A stretch of 52,957 nt of DNA, the filler included, from a bacterium (GTDB lineage: Bacteria; CLD3; SB21), in NCBI GenBank assembly GCA_013360215.1. It is 4 parts of 4 records of this genome, joined end to end, with 100 filler letters (N's around TTAATTAATTAA, not from the genome) between each part and the next. Parts side by side here need not be neighbours in the genome. Positions count along the whole stretch, not along the records: positions 1 to 11,964 come from JABWCP010000047.1; 3 more parts are not named here. One strand, given 5' to 3'. The position numbers and the translations under genes are program-made. The notes below the pieces were generated by a model. The model saw nothing but the letters and a program-made list of their open reading frames with translations. It had not been told where the DNA came from and did not search any database. Numbering within the stretch: position 1 is the stretch's first letter; every line of letters begins with the position of its first letter. Shown here in pieces: positions 1 through 9,774 of the stretch.

Positions 1-1
1 G

Positions 2-130
<129 letters not shown>

Positions 131-144
131 GAAGAAAAGATTGA

Positions 145-176
145 CCGCGGGTGTCGCCCAAAAGCAATGCCCGCGG
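145..176. other. GC-rich stem-loop between tuf and rpsJ
   Basis: CCGCGGGTGTCGC-ccaaaa-GCAATGCCCGCGG pairs with 2 G-U and 1 mismatch; followed by an A-run, not a U-run, on the + strand. Confidence 0.55.
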
Positions 177-205
177 AAAAATAAAATTAACGAGAGAATG
201 CAAAA

Positions 206-526
206 GTGACTGGACAAGGAATCCGAATCAAACTGAAAGCTTACGATCACAATCTGATTGATAAGTCGATTGATAAGATTATTCGCACAGCGAAAAGCTC
301 CGGCGCCGTGATTAGCGGCCCGATTCCGCTCCCTACCGACAAGACGATTTATACGGTTCTTCGTTCGCCGCACGTGGATAAAAAGTCCCGCGAACAGTTC
401 GAAACGCGTATTCACAAGCGTTTGATCTGCATCTTGAATGCGACGAATAAAACGATAGAAGCGTTGTCCAAACTCGAATTGCCGGCAGGCGTGGACATTG
501 AATTGAAGGTCACTGCCAATAGCTGA
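206..526 (+). CDS. rpsJ: 30S ribosomal protein S10
   Basis: [10 protein letters not shown]...GPIPLPT...[15 protein letters not shown] motifs; GTG start. Confidence 0.98.
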   Translation: MTGQGIRIKLKAYDHNLIDKSIDKIIRTAKSSGAVISGPIPLPTDKTIYTVLRSPHVDKKSREQFETRIHKRLICILNATNKTIEALSKLELPAGVDIELKVTANS

Positions 527-614
527 TCACTTGATCAAGTTAATATTGGCTAAAGTTTAGATATCAATTTGGATGGAACAGGAAAACATCCTGTTTCTTA
601 CGAGGAGTATATAC

Positions 615-1253
615 ATGAGCAGCGGTATGATCGGAAGAAAAATCGGAATGAGCAATATCTTCGACGAGAGCGGGAACATTATCCCGGTGACGTTGATCGA
701 AGCGCTTCCGAACGTCGTGACGCAGATCAAGACCAAAGAAAAAGACGGTTATGAAGCGTTGCAGCTGGCCGTCGGCGACAAGCGCGGCAAGCGTACCAAC
801 AAAGCCATACAAGGCCACGCCAAAAAAGCCAACTACACGGAAAAATTTCCTGACGTGTTTCGTGAATTTGACGGCTTCAATGTCAACGATTTCACGCTCG
901 GCGCGGAAGTGAAATTGGACATTTTTGCCGAAGGCGAAAAAGTCACCGTGATCGGCATTTCCAAAGGTAAAGGTTTTCAGGGTGTTGTAAAACGCCATGG
1001 CTTCGGCGGTATCAATGAAACCACACACGGCGCCTCGGATCGCCCCCGTTCACCGGGTTCGATCGGCGGTAGCTCGGATCCTTCCCGTGTTTTCAAAGGC
1101 ATGCGCATGGCCGGCCGTATGGGTAGCGATCGCGTGACCATCAAAAACCTGAAGGTCGTTCGTCTGGATAAAGAATCCAACGTACTCTTTATCAAGGGTA
1201 GCGTGCCGGGTGCGACGAATTCGTACATTGAGATTCGCAAAAACGCGAAGTAA
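615..1253 (+). CDS. rplC: 50S ribosomal protein L3
   Basis: GRKIGM, SKGKGFQGVVKRHGF and PSRVFKGMRMAGRMG motifs; ATG 615 follows a GAGGAG RBS (ORF track starts at 573). Confidence 0.97.
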   Translation: MSSGMIGRKIGMSNIFDESGNIIPVTLIEALPNVVTQIKTKEKDGYEALQLAVGDKRGKRTNKAIQGHAKKANYTEKFPDVFREFDGFNVNDFTLGAEVKLDIFAEGEKVTVIGISKGKGFQGVVKRHGFGGINETTHGASDRPRSPGSIGGSSDPSRVFKGMRMAGRMGSDRVTIKNLKVVRLDKESNVLFIKGSVPGATNSYIEIRKNAK

Positions 1254-1285
1254 GAAGTTAACATTTTTGATAGAAGGCTCTGGCA

Positions 1286-2002
1286 ATGAAGATTGAAGTC
1301 AAAAATATCAAAGGCGAAGCGACCGGTCGCAGCGTCGAATTACCGAAAGATATTTTCGGAATCGAACCTAGCGAACATGCGGTGTATGTTGCCGTGACGC
1401 ACGAACTTTCGAATAAACGTCATGGTACACATAGCACGCTTGAAAAATCGGAAGTTTCCGGTACCACCAAAAAGCCGTGGAAACAAAAAGGTACGGGCGG
1501 CGCCCGCTCCGGTTCCGTCAAAACTCCGCTTTGGCCGGGCGGCGGTATCGTATTCGGTCCGCATCCGCACCTTTATAAAAAAGACACCAATGTCAAACTC
1601 AAACGTTTGGCTCGTAAGAGTGTATTGAGCATCAAAGCATCGGAAAACCGCATTGTGGTGGTTGAAGATTTTCACACCCTTTGTGCCGATCTTCCGAAGA
1701 CCAAAGAAGTCTATGGCGTTTTAAATAATCTGCAATTGACGGGTGAAGTGACCGTAGATAACGGTAAACGTACTAAACCGTTTCAAAAAGTACTCGTGCT
1801 TGTTGATAAAACAGGCCTTGTCAAAGATGAAAAAAGCGCTAAGGTGTACGAAAACTTCCGCAAATCATGCCGTAATATTCCCGGACTTAAAGTTGGCGTG
1901 GTGAACAATGTTTCGACGTACGAACTGATGAATGCGGATACCATTCTTTTTCACGAGAGTGCGATCAAAAATGTCAATGCCGCATTCGGCGCTGCAGAAT
2001 AA
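1286..2002 (+). CDS. rplD: 50S ribosomal protein L4 (with C-terminal-half insertions)
   Basis: KPWKQKGTGGARSGS and PLWPGGGIVFGP motifs; position in S10 operon. Confidence 0.97.
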   Translation: MKIEVKNIKGEATGRSVELPKDIFGIEPSEHAVYVAVTHELSNKRHGTHSTLEKSEVSGTTKKPWKQKGTGGARSGSVKTPLWPGGGIVFGPHPHLYKKDTNVKLKRLARKSVLSIKASENRIVVVEDFHTLCADLPKTKEVYGVLNNLQLTGEVTVDNGKRTKPFQKVLVLVDKTGLVKDEKSAKVYENFRKSCRNIPGLKVGVVNNVSTYELMNADTILFHESAIKNVNAAFGAAE

Positions 2003-2025
2003 ACGATAAGGACTAGAGACTGATC

Positions 2026-2355
2026 ATGAATATCACGCAAATCAACAAAATCCTGATTCGTCCGGTGATTACCGAGAAGATGACGATTCTGCAGGACAAA
2101 AAGAAACGTAACGGCGAACCGTTGAACCAATACGGCTTCATCGTCGAAAAAACCGCTACGAAAACCGATATCAAAAAAGCGATCGAAAAACATTTTAACG
2201 TCAAAGTGAAATCCGTTCGTACGGTCAACGTCGAAGGAAAGAGCAGCGTACGTTATACCAAACGCGGTTTTGTCCAAGGCAAACGTGCCGATCGTAAAAA
2301 AGCGATAGTAACATTGGCCAAAGACAACAAAATCGAATTTGTCGAAGGCGCGTAA
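2026..2355 (+). CDS. rplW: 50S ribosomal protein L23
   Basis: RPVITEK, IKKAIEKHFNVKV and KKAIVTL motifs; synteny. Confidence 0.97.
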   Translation: MNITQINKILIRPVITEKMTILQDKKKRNGEPLNQYGFIVEKTATKTDIKKAIEKHFNVKVKSVRTVNVEGKSSVRYTKRGFVQGKRADRKKAIVTLAKDNKIEFVEGA

Positions 2356-2416
2356 TTACAACGAAAAGTTTAAGAAACGCCAGGAAAACCTATCTGGCAT
2401 AAGTTGAGAGAAGAAC

Positions 2417-3244
2417 ATGGCAGTAAAAAATTTCAGACCGTACACGCCGAGCCGCCGTTATATTACGGTTGCGGACTTTGCGGAGATCACCAAAACGGAA
2501 CCGGAAAAATCGCTCGTCGAACCCAAAAAACGGGTTGGCGGTCGTAATAATATCGGTCACACGACATCGCGTTTTCGCGGTGGCGGCCATAAACGTATGT
2601 ACCGTGTCATTGACTTTAAACGTCATCGTACGGGCGTCGAAGCCAAAGTTGTTTCGATCGAATACGATCCGAACCGTAGCGCCAATATCGCATTGATCCA
2701 ATATGTGGATGGACAGAAGGCGTATATTCTTGCACCCAAAGGTTTGCAAGTCGGTGAAAAAGTAATGTCCGGCGCCGAAGCCGAAATCAAACTCGGTAAC
2801 GCCATGCCCCTCAAGGGAATTCCCGTGGGTACGGACGTACACAATGTCGAATTGAAGCTCGGCAAAGGCGGCCAGATGGCGCGTTCAGCCGGTGCGTTCG
2901 CCAATGTCGTCGGTCGTGAAGAAGGATATGTTCAGCTGCGTATGCCCTCGGGCGAAATACGCCGCGTTAATGAAAATTGTTTTGCTACCATCGGTCAGGT
3001 CGGCAATCTCGAACACGAAAATGTCACGCTCGGTAAAGCCGGTCGTAAACGTTGGCTCGGTCGCCGTCCTCACAACCGCGGCGTCGTTATGAATCCCGTG
3101 GATCACCCGCATGGTGGTGGTGAAGGTAAGAGCCCGCAAGGTAATCCGCACCCGGTAACGCCGTGGGGCCAACCGACGAAGGGTTATAAGACGCGTAAGA
3201 AAAATCACCCGACGAACCGGTATATCATCAAACGCCGCAAGTAA
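2417..3244 (+). CDS. rplB: 50S ribosomal protein L2
   Basis: [13 protein letters not shown] and [13 protein letters not shown] motifs. Confidence 0.99.
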   Translation: MAVKNFRPYTPSRRYITVADFAEITKTEPEKSLVEPKKRVGGRNNIGHTTSRFRGGGHKRMYRVIDFKRHRTGVEAKVVSIEYDPNRSANIALIQYVDGQKAYILAPKGLQVGEKVMSGAEAEIKLGNAMPLKGIPVGTDVHNVELKLGKGGQMARSAGAFANVVGREEGYVQLRMPSGEIRRVNENCFATIGQVGNLEHENVTLGKAGRKRWLGRRPHNRGVVMNPVDHPHGGGEGKSPQGNPHPVTPWGQPTKGYKTRKKNHPTNRYIIKRRK

Positions 3245-3297
3245 TACGGCGGGATGACGCAACAACGAAGAATTTTTTGAATTAAGGAATATAAGAC

Positions 3298-3591
3298 ATG
3301 AGTCGTTCGATCAAAAAAGGTCCCTTTCTCGATGAAAATCTCATCGGCAAAGTGGAAGCTATGAATAAAAACAAAGATCGCAAAGTGATCAAGACCTGGG
3401 CCCGCGCCTGTACGATCGCGCCGGACTTTGTCGGCCATACCTTCGCCGTACATAACGGAAAAAACTTCATCCCGGTTTACGTGACGGAAAACATGGTCGG
3501 CCACAAACTTGGCGAATTCGCACCGACGCGTACATTTCGCGGTCACTCGGGCAGTAAATCCGCCGCGGCCGCCACTGCACCCAAAAAGTAA
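3298..3591 (+). CDS. rpsS: 30S ribosomal protein S19
   Basis: [10 protein letters not shown] and [13 protein letters not shown] motifs. Confidence 0.99.
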   Translation: MSRSIKKGPFLDENLIGKVEAMNKNKDRKVIKTWARACTIAPDFVGHTFAVHNGKNFIPVYVTENMVGHKLGEFAPTRTFRGHSGSKSAAAATAPKK

Positions 3592-3621
3592 ACGCGCAAA
3601 TTTTAGAACTGGAGCCTGATC

Positions 3622-3960
3622 ATGGAAGCGAAAGCAATAACGAAATATTTGAGAATCTCGCCGCGTAAAGTGCGCCGCGTTGCGGAACTTGTGCGTGGAA
3701 AAAATACGGAAGAAGCGATCAGCATTTTACACTTCACCCGTAAAAATGCCTCAGAACATATTGAAAAAACCGTGCGTTCCGCTGTGGCCAATATCATGCA
3801 GGCCAAACCGGGTGCTGATACGCACAGCTTATTTGTCAAAGAAATTTTTGTAGATGGCGGGCCGATGCTCAAACGCGGCCGTGCGGGTTCGATGGGACGC
3901 CGCTCGATGATCCGCCGTCGTACCGCCCACATCACTGTGGTCGTCGCGGAAAAAGCGTAA
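3622..3960 (+). CDS. rplV: 50S ribosomal protein L22
   Basis: RISPRKVRRVAELVRGK and VDGGPMLKR motifs. Confidence 0.98.
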   Translation: MEAKAITKYLRISPRKVRRVAELVRGKNTEEAISILHFTRKNASEHIEKTVRSAVANIMQAKPGADTHSLFVKEIFVDGGPMLKRGRAGSMGRRSMIRRRTAHITVVVAEKA

Positions 3961-3998
3961 CAGATCGTTTAACGATACAAGTTTAACGGAGGAATACT

Positions 3999-4652
3999 TT
4001 GGGACAGAAAACGAATCCGATCGGTTTCCGGTTGGGAGTCATCAAAACTTGGAACTCGAGCTGGTTTGATGAAAAAAACTTTGCTGACAAACTTCAGGAA
4101 GATCTCACGTTGCGTAATTATCTGCGCAAACGTCTTCCCAAAGATGCGCGCGTGACGAAAATCGCCATTGACCGCATCAAAAAGGAAACCGAAGTCATCA
4201 CGATCACGATCCACACCGCACGCCCGGGTATTGTCATCGGTCGTAAAGGCAAAGATGTCGATCAACTTCGCGAAGAGCTTAAGAAAATCACCGGTAAAGA
4301 AATTCGTTTGAATATTTCCGAAATCAAAGTTCCCGAAGTGGATTCGTACCTTGTCGCGGCTGACATTGCACGTCAGATCGAAAGCCAGATTCCCTATCGC
4401 CGCGCTATGAAAAATGCGACACGCGCCGCGATGCGTATGGGCGCTGAAGGTATCCGTGTGGCTATGTCCGGTCGCCTTGGCGGCGCCGAAATGGCACGCG
4501 CCGACCGCTATGCCGAAGGCCGCGTACCGTTGCATACCTTACGTGCAGATATCGATTTTGCATATGGCACAGCTCAGACCACCTACGGCCAGATCGGCGT
4601 CAAAGTGTGGATCTGCAAAGGCGAAGTGCTGGACACGATGGAAACCAAGTAG
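3999..4652 (+). CDS. rpsC: 30S ribosomal protein S3
   Basis: [13 protein letters not shown] and [13 protein letters not shown] motifs; TTG start after GGAGG. Confidence 0.98.
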   Translation: MGQKTNPIGFRLGVIKTWNSSWFDEKNFADKLQEDLTLRNYLRKRLPKDARVTKIAIDRIKKETEVITITIHTARPGIVIGRKGKDVDQLREELKKITGKEIRLNISEIKVPEVDSYLVAADIARQIESQIPYRRAMKNATRAAMRMGAEGIRVAMSGRLGGAEMARADRYAEGRVPLHTLRADIDFAYGTAQTTYGQIGVKVWICKGEVLDTMETK

Positions 4653-4690
4653 GCTCAATCAGAGAAATTTTGCTCCAGGAGAACTGATAC

Positions 4691-5110
4691 ATGTTACAAC
4701 CTAAGAAGGTTAAATTTAGAAGACATCACCGCGGCAAAATGCGCGGCAAAGCTACCCGCGGAGCGGATGTGAGCTTTGGTACCTACGGCCTCAAAGCTAT
4801 GGAATGCGGATGGATCACAAGCCGTCAGATCGAAGCGGCGCGTATCGCGATGACACGCTATATCAAACGCGGCGGTAAAATTTGGATTCGTATATTTCCC
4901 GATAAACCGGTTACGAAAAAACCTTTAGAAGTACGTATGGGATCCGGTAAAGGCGCGCCTGAGTTTTGGGTCTCGGTGATCAAACCCGGCCGTGTCATGT
5001 TCGAAATCGACGGTGTGACTGAAGAGCTTGCAAAAGAAGCGTTTCGTTTGGCGGCATTCAAACTTCCGCTCAAGTCGAAATTCGTCACCCGTGGTCAAGT
5101 TCACGCGTAA
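4691..5110 (+). CDS. rplP: 50S ribosomal protein L16
   Basis: [15 protein letters not shown] and RMGSGKG motifs. Confidence 0.99.
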   Translation: MLQPKKVKFRRHHRGKMRGKATRGADVSFGTYGLKAMECGWITSRQIEAARIAMTRYIKRGGKIWIRIFPDKPVTKKPLEVRMGSGKGAPEFWVSVIKPGRVMFEIDGVTEELAKEAFRLAAFKLPLKSKFVTRGQVHA

Positions 5111-5134
5111 TTATAACCGGAAGAGACAGATATC

Positions 5135-5524
5135 ATGAAAGCACATGAAGTACGAGGATTGCCCGTCGAAGAATTAAAGGGCATGATCAACGAAGCGGAA
5201 ACCAATCTGGTCAAGATGCGCTTTACCAATGCGGTAGGCCAGCTGGAAAAGAAAACGGATCTGCGTTCGACCAAAAAAGAAATTGCCATCGTTAAAACCG
5301 TCATGCGGGAAGAAACGTTGAAAACCGAATTGGCGGAAGCGGCGAAAATACTGGAAGCCGTGGTAAGTAAACATCAGATCAAAGGTATTCCGACGCTCAA
5401 GGGTGAAAAACTCAATACCGACAAAGCGGCTTTGCGTAAAGCGGTACGTCTTTTGGAGTCCAATCCCAAACGTTCCCTTTTTGTCAAGGAATACAAAGCG
5501 CTCAAAGAGATCGCGCACGGTTAA
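5135..5524 (+). CDS. rpmC: 50S ribosomal protein L29 with long C-terminal extension
   Basis: First ~62 aa match the L29 pattern (EELK...LVKMRF..AVGQL...LR..KKEIA.VKTV); lies between rplP and rpsQ; 129 aa in total. Confidence 0.93.
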   Translation: MKAHEVRGLPVEELKGMINEAETNLVKMRFTNAVGQLEKKTDLRSTKKEIAIVKTVMREETLKTELAEAAKILEAVVSKHQIKGIPTLKGEKLNTDKAALRKAVRLLESNPKRSLFVKEYKALKEIAHG

Positions 5525-5570
5525 GGAAAAACTTTAGATATAAGTATAAATCGTATTGGAGAAGCATTCC

Positions 5571-5852
5571 ATGTCCGAACAAGCGGAAAATAAGACCACG
5601 GAAAGAAATCGCCGCAAGGTGCGTATCGGTACCGTCGTCAGCGATAAGATGAGCAAAAGCATCGTTGTCGCAATTGAGCGCAAAGTATTGCACAAGACGT
5701 ACAAAAAGTATATCAAAAAGACGGCTAAGCTGATGGCGCATGACGAACAAGAGCAAGCCGGTATCGGCGATATCGTAAAAGTAATGGAAACCCGCCCGCT
5801 GAGCAAAAATAAACGTTGGCGCTTGGTGGAAGTTGTGAAAAAAGCGGATTAA
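5571..5852 (+). CDS. rpsQ: 30S ribosomal protein S17
   Basis: [14 protein letters not shown] and [14 protein letters not shown] motifs; ATG 5571 after GGAG. Confidence 0.98.
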   Translation: MSEQAENKTTERNRRKVRIGTVVSDKMSKSIVVAIERKVLHKTYKKYIKKTAKLMAHDEQEQAGIGDIVKVMETRPLSKNKRWRLVEVVKKAD

Positions 5853-5884
5853 TTCAGGTCATTTATTAACTGGCGAGATAAGTC

Positions 5885-6253
5885 ATGATTCAAGAGTTTA
5901 CCCGATTGACGGTTGCCGATAACTCCGGCGCAAAAAAAGTGATGTGTATCCGCGTATTGGGCGGTACCTCCAAACGCTATGCTTTCCTCGGCGATGAAAT
6001 CATCGTGTCTGTGAAAGATGCGATTCCCGGCGGCACAGTCAAAAAAGGCGCTGTCGCTCGCGCGGTAGTAGTCCGTGTACGCAAGGAAATGCGTCGCAAA
6101 GACGGTTCATACATCCGCTTTGACGAGAACGCAGCCGTGCTGATCAATAAAGATAAAGAACCCACCGGAACCCGTATTTTCGGGCCGGTCGCACGCGAAC
6201 TTCGTGAAAAACAATTCATGAAGATTGTGTCCCTCGCGCCGGAAGTAATCTAA
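5885..6253 (+). CDS. rplN: 50S ribosomal protein L14
   Basis: [16 protein letters not shown] and [12 protein letters not shown] motifs. Confidence 0.99.
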   Translation: MIQEFTRLTVADNSGAKKVMCIRVLGGTSKRYAFLGDEIIVSVKDAIPGGTVKKGAVARAVVVRVRKEMRRKDGSYIRFDENAAVLINKDKEPTGTRIFGPVARELREKQFMKIVSLAPEVI

Positions 6254-6291
6254 GCGCGAACGAATAAGCGAAACATCAAAGGTTTTACATC

Positions 6292-6597
6292 ATGCATATC
6301 AAAAAGAATGATCTTGTCGCCGTGATCTCCGGCGTGCACAAAGGCAAACAGGGTAAAGTCCTGAAGGTCCTCACGGATACCGGTAAGGTGATCGTCGAAG
6401 GTATTAATTTACGCAAGAAACACATTAAGCCGAATCCGAAAAATCCGCAAGGCGGCATTCAGGAAAAAGAAAATGCGATTCCGGCAAGCAAAGTCATGCT
6501 TGTACATGGCGGCAAGCCGACGCGTACGGGTGCGAAAAAACTGGAAGACGGATCCAAAGTGCGCATTGCCAAAAAATCCGGCGAAGTGATCAATTAA
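6292..6597 (+). CDS. rplX: 50S ribosomal protein L24
   Basis: KOW motif IKKND.V.VISG..KGKQGKV and VIVEGIN. Confidence 0.98.
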   Translation: MHIKKNDLVAVISGVHKGKQGKVLKVLTDTGKVIVEGINLRKKHIKPNPKNPQGGIQEKENAIPASKVMLVHGGKPTRTGAKKLEDGSKVRIAKKSGEVIN

Positions 6598-6630
6598 GAC
6601 GTATTATAATTTTAGAGGAACGTTAGAGCC

Positions 6631-7272
6631 ATGGCGAAGGAAGCGAAAGAGAAAAAAGGCAAAGATAAAGCGGCAGCAACCGGCGTAGAAATACCTTCCG
6701 GAAAACGTGCGGCCGTAGGTAAAGACTACAAAGCCCGCCTCGGTGAAGAATACCGTAAACGTGTGGTTCCTGCGCTGATGAAAAAATTCAGCTATAAGAA
6801 TATCATGCAAGTCCCTAAGATCGAAAAAGTCGTGATCAATATGGGCGTCGGTATGGCGACACAAGAGCCGAAACTTTTGGATGCGGCGGTCAATGATCTT
6901 TTGATCATCACGGGTCAGAAACCCACTATCCGCAAAGCGAAAAAAGCTATTTCCAATTTCAAATTACGCGAAGGCGTAGGTATCGCTTGCTTTGTCACCT
7001 TGCGTCGTGCCGCGATGTACGAATTTCTTGATCGGTTGATCAATATTGCCGTACCGCGTATTCGCGATTTCAAAGGCGTTCCTGATAAATCGTTTGACGG
7101 CCGCGGTAACTATACGTTAGGCGTCAAAGAACAGATTATTTTCCCGGAAATCGATGTTGATAAAATGGACCGCGTACGCGGTATGGACATCACCATCGTG
7201 ACGTCAGCTAAAACGGACGAAGAAGCATACGAACTGCTCAAAGAGTTCGGTATGCCGTTCAAAAAGAAATAA
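6631..7272 (+). CDS. rplE: 50S ribosomal protein L5 (N-terminal Lys/Ala-rich extension)
   Basis: [24 protein letters not shown] and EQIIFPEI motifs. Confidence 0.98.
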   Translation: MAKEAKEKKGKDKAAATGVEIPSGKRAAVGKDYKARLGEEYRKRVVPALMKKFSYKNIMQVPKIEKVVINMGVGMATQEPKLLDAAVNDLLIITGQKPTIRKAKKAISNFKLREGVGIACFVTLRRAAMYEFLDRLINIAVPRIRDFKGVPDKSFDGRGNYTLGVKEQIIFPEIDVDKMDRVRGMDITIVTSAKTDEEAYELLKEFGMPFKKK

Positions 7273-7306
7273 TATAACACGAACGATACTAACAGGAGTT
7301 TGAACC

Positions 7307-7492
7307 TTGGCTACGAAAGCATGGGTTGCTAAGACGAAGAAAACACCGAAATTTTCCACACGCACGCGCAATCGTTGCCGCCGCTGCGGCCGTCCGCGCG
7401 CTTATATGCGCAAGTTCGGCATTTGCCGTATATGCTTCCGTAATCTTTCGCTCAATGGTGAGATTCCGGGCATTCGTAAAGCTTCGTGGTAA
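7307..7492 (+). CDS. rpsN: 30S ribosomal protein S14, short zinc-binding (type Z) form
   Basis: 61 aa with RCRRCGR...CRICFR; TTG start after AGGAG. Confidence 0.97.
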   Translation: MATKAWVAKTKKTPKFSTRTRNRCRRCGRPRAYMRKFGICRICFRNLSLNGEIPGIRKASW

Positions 7493-7540
7493 TAATAGAG
7501 AATTTTTGAGTTTTTATTTTTTATCAAAGGAGACGATCCG

Positions 7541-7939
7541 ATGTCAATGACCGATCCGATCGCGGATTATTTGACGGCGATTCGCAACGCGATACAGGCC
7601 AAAAAGAAATTCGTGGATATCAAAGCTTCTAACCTGAAGCGCGATATTACGCAAATCCTGCTTGAACAGGGATATATCAAAGACTACGCTAACTATGATG
7701 ACGGCGTACAAGGCATCATTCGCATTTTCTTGAAATACGATGAGAAAAACCGCAATGCGATCAATCAGATTGACCGTGCCAGCACGCCGGGCCTCCGGAA
7801 GTATGCGGGTGTAGATAAGCTGCCGCGCGTAAAAAGCAATCTCGGCATTGCCATCATGTCCACATCCAAAGGTGTGATGACCAACAAACGCGCCAAAACG
7901 GAAAATGTCGGCGGCGAAGTATTGTGTTACGTATCGTAA
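7541..7939 (+). CDS. rpsH: 30S ribosomal protein S8
   Basis: TDPIADYLTAIRNA, STSKGVMT and VGGEVLC motifs. Confidence 0.98.
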   Translation: MSMTDPIADYLTAIRNAIQAKKKFVDIKASNLKRDITQILLEQGYIKDYANYDDGVQGIIRIFLKYDEKNRNAINQIDRASTPGLRKYAGVDKLPRVKSNLGIAIMSTSKGVMTNKRAKTENVGGEVLCYVS

Positions 7940-7973
7940 TCTGAACGAAATTTTATTCGCAGGAGTATAAGCA

Positions 7974-8516
7974 GTGTCACGTATTGGAAAAAAACCGGTA
8001 GCGATTCCCGATAAGGTCACAGTGACCGTCAAAGGCTCAGTCGTCACCGTTAAAGGCCCCAAGGGCGAACTGACCAAACAGTTTCACCCTGAAGCGATGG
8101 TCGAAGTCAAAGACAAAGAAGTCATCGTTTCGCGTAAAAACAACACCAATTTTCAGCGTGCGTTGCACGGCAGCGTTCGTGCGATCATTGCCGGCATGGT
8201 GACGGGCGTATCCGATGGATATGAACGTAAATTGGATATTATCGGCGTCGGTTTTAAAGCCGAAGCGAAAGGCAAAGTAATCCAGTTTAATCTCGGTTTT
8301 TCGCACCCGATTCTTTTTGCTCCTCCGACAGGTGTTGAAATTGCGATTCCTACGCCGACCAGCGTAAGCATCAAAGGTATCAATAAAGAATTGGTTGGCC
8401 AAGTGGCTCAGAAAATTCGTTCTTTCAAGATGCCGGAACCGTATAAGGGCAAAGGTATTAAATATTCGGATGAAACCATCCGTCGTAAAGCCGGTAAGGC
8501 CGCGACCAAGAAGTAA
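7974..8516 (+). CDS. rplF: 50S ribosomal protein L6
   Basis: MSRIGKKPV and PEPYKGKGIKY motifs; GTG start. Confidence 0.98.
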   Translation: MSRIGKKPVAIPDKVTVTVKGSVVTVKGPKGELTKQFHPEAMVEVKDKEVIVSRKNNTNFQRALHGSVRAIIAGMVTGVSDGYERKLDIIGVGFKAEAKGKVIQFNLGFSHPILFAPPTGVEIAIPTPTSVSIKGINKELVGQVAQKIRSFKMPEPYKGKGIKYSDETIRRKAGKAATKK

Positions 8517-8546
8517 TTTTTAAAACTATAAATTGTTAGAAGCACC

Positions 8547-8909
8547 ATGGCGGACAAAAACATAGTCAAAGCGGTAAAAAGACAACGTGTCAAATACCGT
8601 ATTCGTAAACGCATCATCGGCACGGCGGAAAAACCTCGGTTGTCGGTGTATCGCAGCCTCAATCACATTTACGCTCAGCTTATCAACGATGAAGCCGGTC
8701 ATACGATCGCACAAGTTTCGTCGAAGACCAAAGGCATTCAAAAAGAGAGCGGTAAAGTTTCGTTGAGCAAAGCGGTCGGTATGTCTATCGCCAAATTGGC
8801 CAAAGAAAAAGGTATTGAAGTCGCCGTATTTGATCGTAATGGATACAAATATCATGGCCGCATCAAAGCGGTAGCCGAAGGCGCTCGTGAAGCCGGATTG
8901 AAATTGTAA
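8547..8909 (+). CDS. rplR: 50S ribosomal protein L18
   Basis: PRLSVYRS..HIYAQ and FDRNGYKYHGRI motifs. Confidence 0.98.
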   Translation: MADKNIVKAVKRQRVKYRIRKRIIGTAEKPRLSVYRSLNHIYAQLINDEAGHTIAQVSSKTKGIQKESGKVSLSKAVGMSIAKLAKEKGIEVAVFDRNGYKYHGRIKAVAEGAREAGLKL

Positions 8910-8940
8910 TAAAAAACACATCTATAGATGGTGAGGCGTG

Positions 8941-9477
8941 ATGAATAATAGGAAACAAATCAAGAAAAAAGAAGCCCAGGATAATCCGGCCGACGTCGAA
9001 CTCAAAGAAGAACGCGTCGTACATATCAACCGTGTAGCGAAAGTAGTGAAAGGCGGACGTCGCTTCAGCTTTAACGCTATCGTGGTGGTTGGCGACGGTA
9101 AAGGCAAAGTCGGTATCGGATTAGGTAAAGCTAACGAAGTGCCGGATGCTATAGCCAAAGGCAAAGAAGACGCAAAAAAACGTATGATATTTGTACCGTT
9201 GCACGGTGGTACGCTTCCGCACGAAGTGTCGGCCAAATTTGGTGCCGGCAAAGTGTTGCTCAAACCGGCAACTAAAGGTACCGGTATTATAGCTGGCGCC
9301 GTGATCCGTGCCGTGGTCGAATCCGTCGGCATCACGGACATTCTTACCAAATGCAAAGGCTCTTCCAATCCGCACAATGTGGTCAAAGCCACAATGAAAG
9401 CGCTTAGTGAAGTGACCAATGCGCGCGAAGTCGGTGCCGTCCGCGGCATGACTGTCATGGATGTATTTACCAAGTAA
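8941..9477 (+). CDS. rpsE: 30S ribosomal protein S5
   Basis: [16 protein letters not shown] and GTGIIAG motifs (start at GTG 8938 or ATG 8941). Confidence 0.98.
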   Translation: MNNRKQIKKKEAQDNPADVELKEERVVHINRVAKVVKGGRRFSFNAIVVVGDGKGKVGIGLGKANEVPDAIAKGKEDAKKRMIFVPLHGGTLPHEVSAKFGAGKVLLKPATKGTGIIAGAVIRAVVESVGITDILTKCKGSSNPHNVVKATMKALSEVTNAREVGAVRGMTVMDVFTK

Positions 9478-9500
9478 CGATAACCAGGCAAAGAGCGATC

Positions 9501-9749
9501 ATGAAATTTTTGAAGATTACCCAGGTTCGCAGTACCAACGGCGCCATTTTCGCACACCGCGATACCGTGCGCACGCTCGGACTACGTAAAATCGGCCAAA
9601 CCGTTTACCACAACGATACACCGCAGGTTCGCGGTATGGTTAATCTTGTGAAGTATATGGTTTCCTGTGAAGCCGTTGATAAAAAACCGGAAGCTGTGAA
9701 AAAAGAAAAAAAGACCGGTTATAAAGTTACCAAAGCGAAAAAAGCGTAA
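9501..9749 (+). CDS. rpmD: 50S ribosomal protein L30 with Lys-rich C-terminal tail
   Basis: LKITQVRS...TVRTLGLRKI..TV...DTPQVRGMV; lies between rpsE and rplO. Confidence 0.96.
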   Translation: MKFLKITQVRSTNGAIFAHRDTVRTLGLRKIGQTVYHNDTPQVRGMVNLVKYMVSCEAVDKKPEAVKKEKKTGYKVTKAKKA

Positions 9750-9774
9750 ACAATTTTAGTCAAAGAGGATTGCG

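Noticed and set aside
206-7976. GTG/TTG starts for rpsJ, rpsC, rpsN and rplF
   Set aside because: Common for ribosomal protein genes and preceded by plausible RBSs
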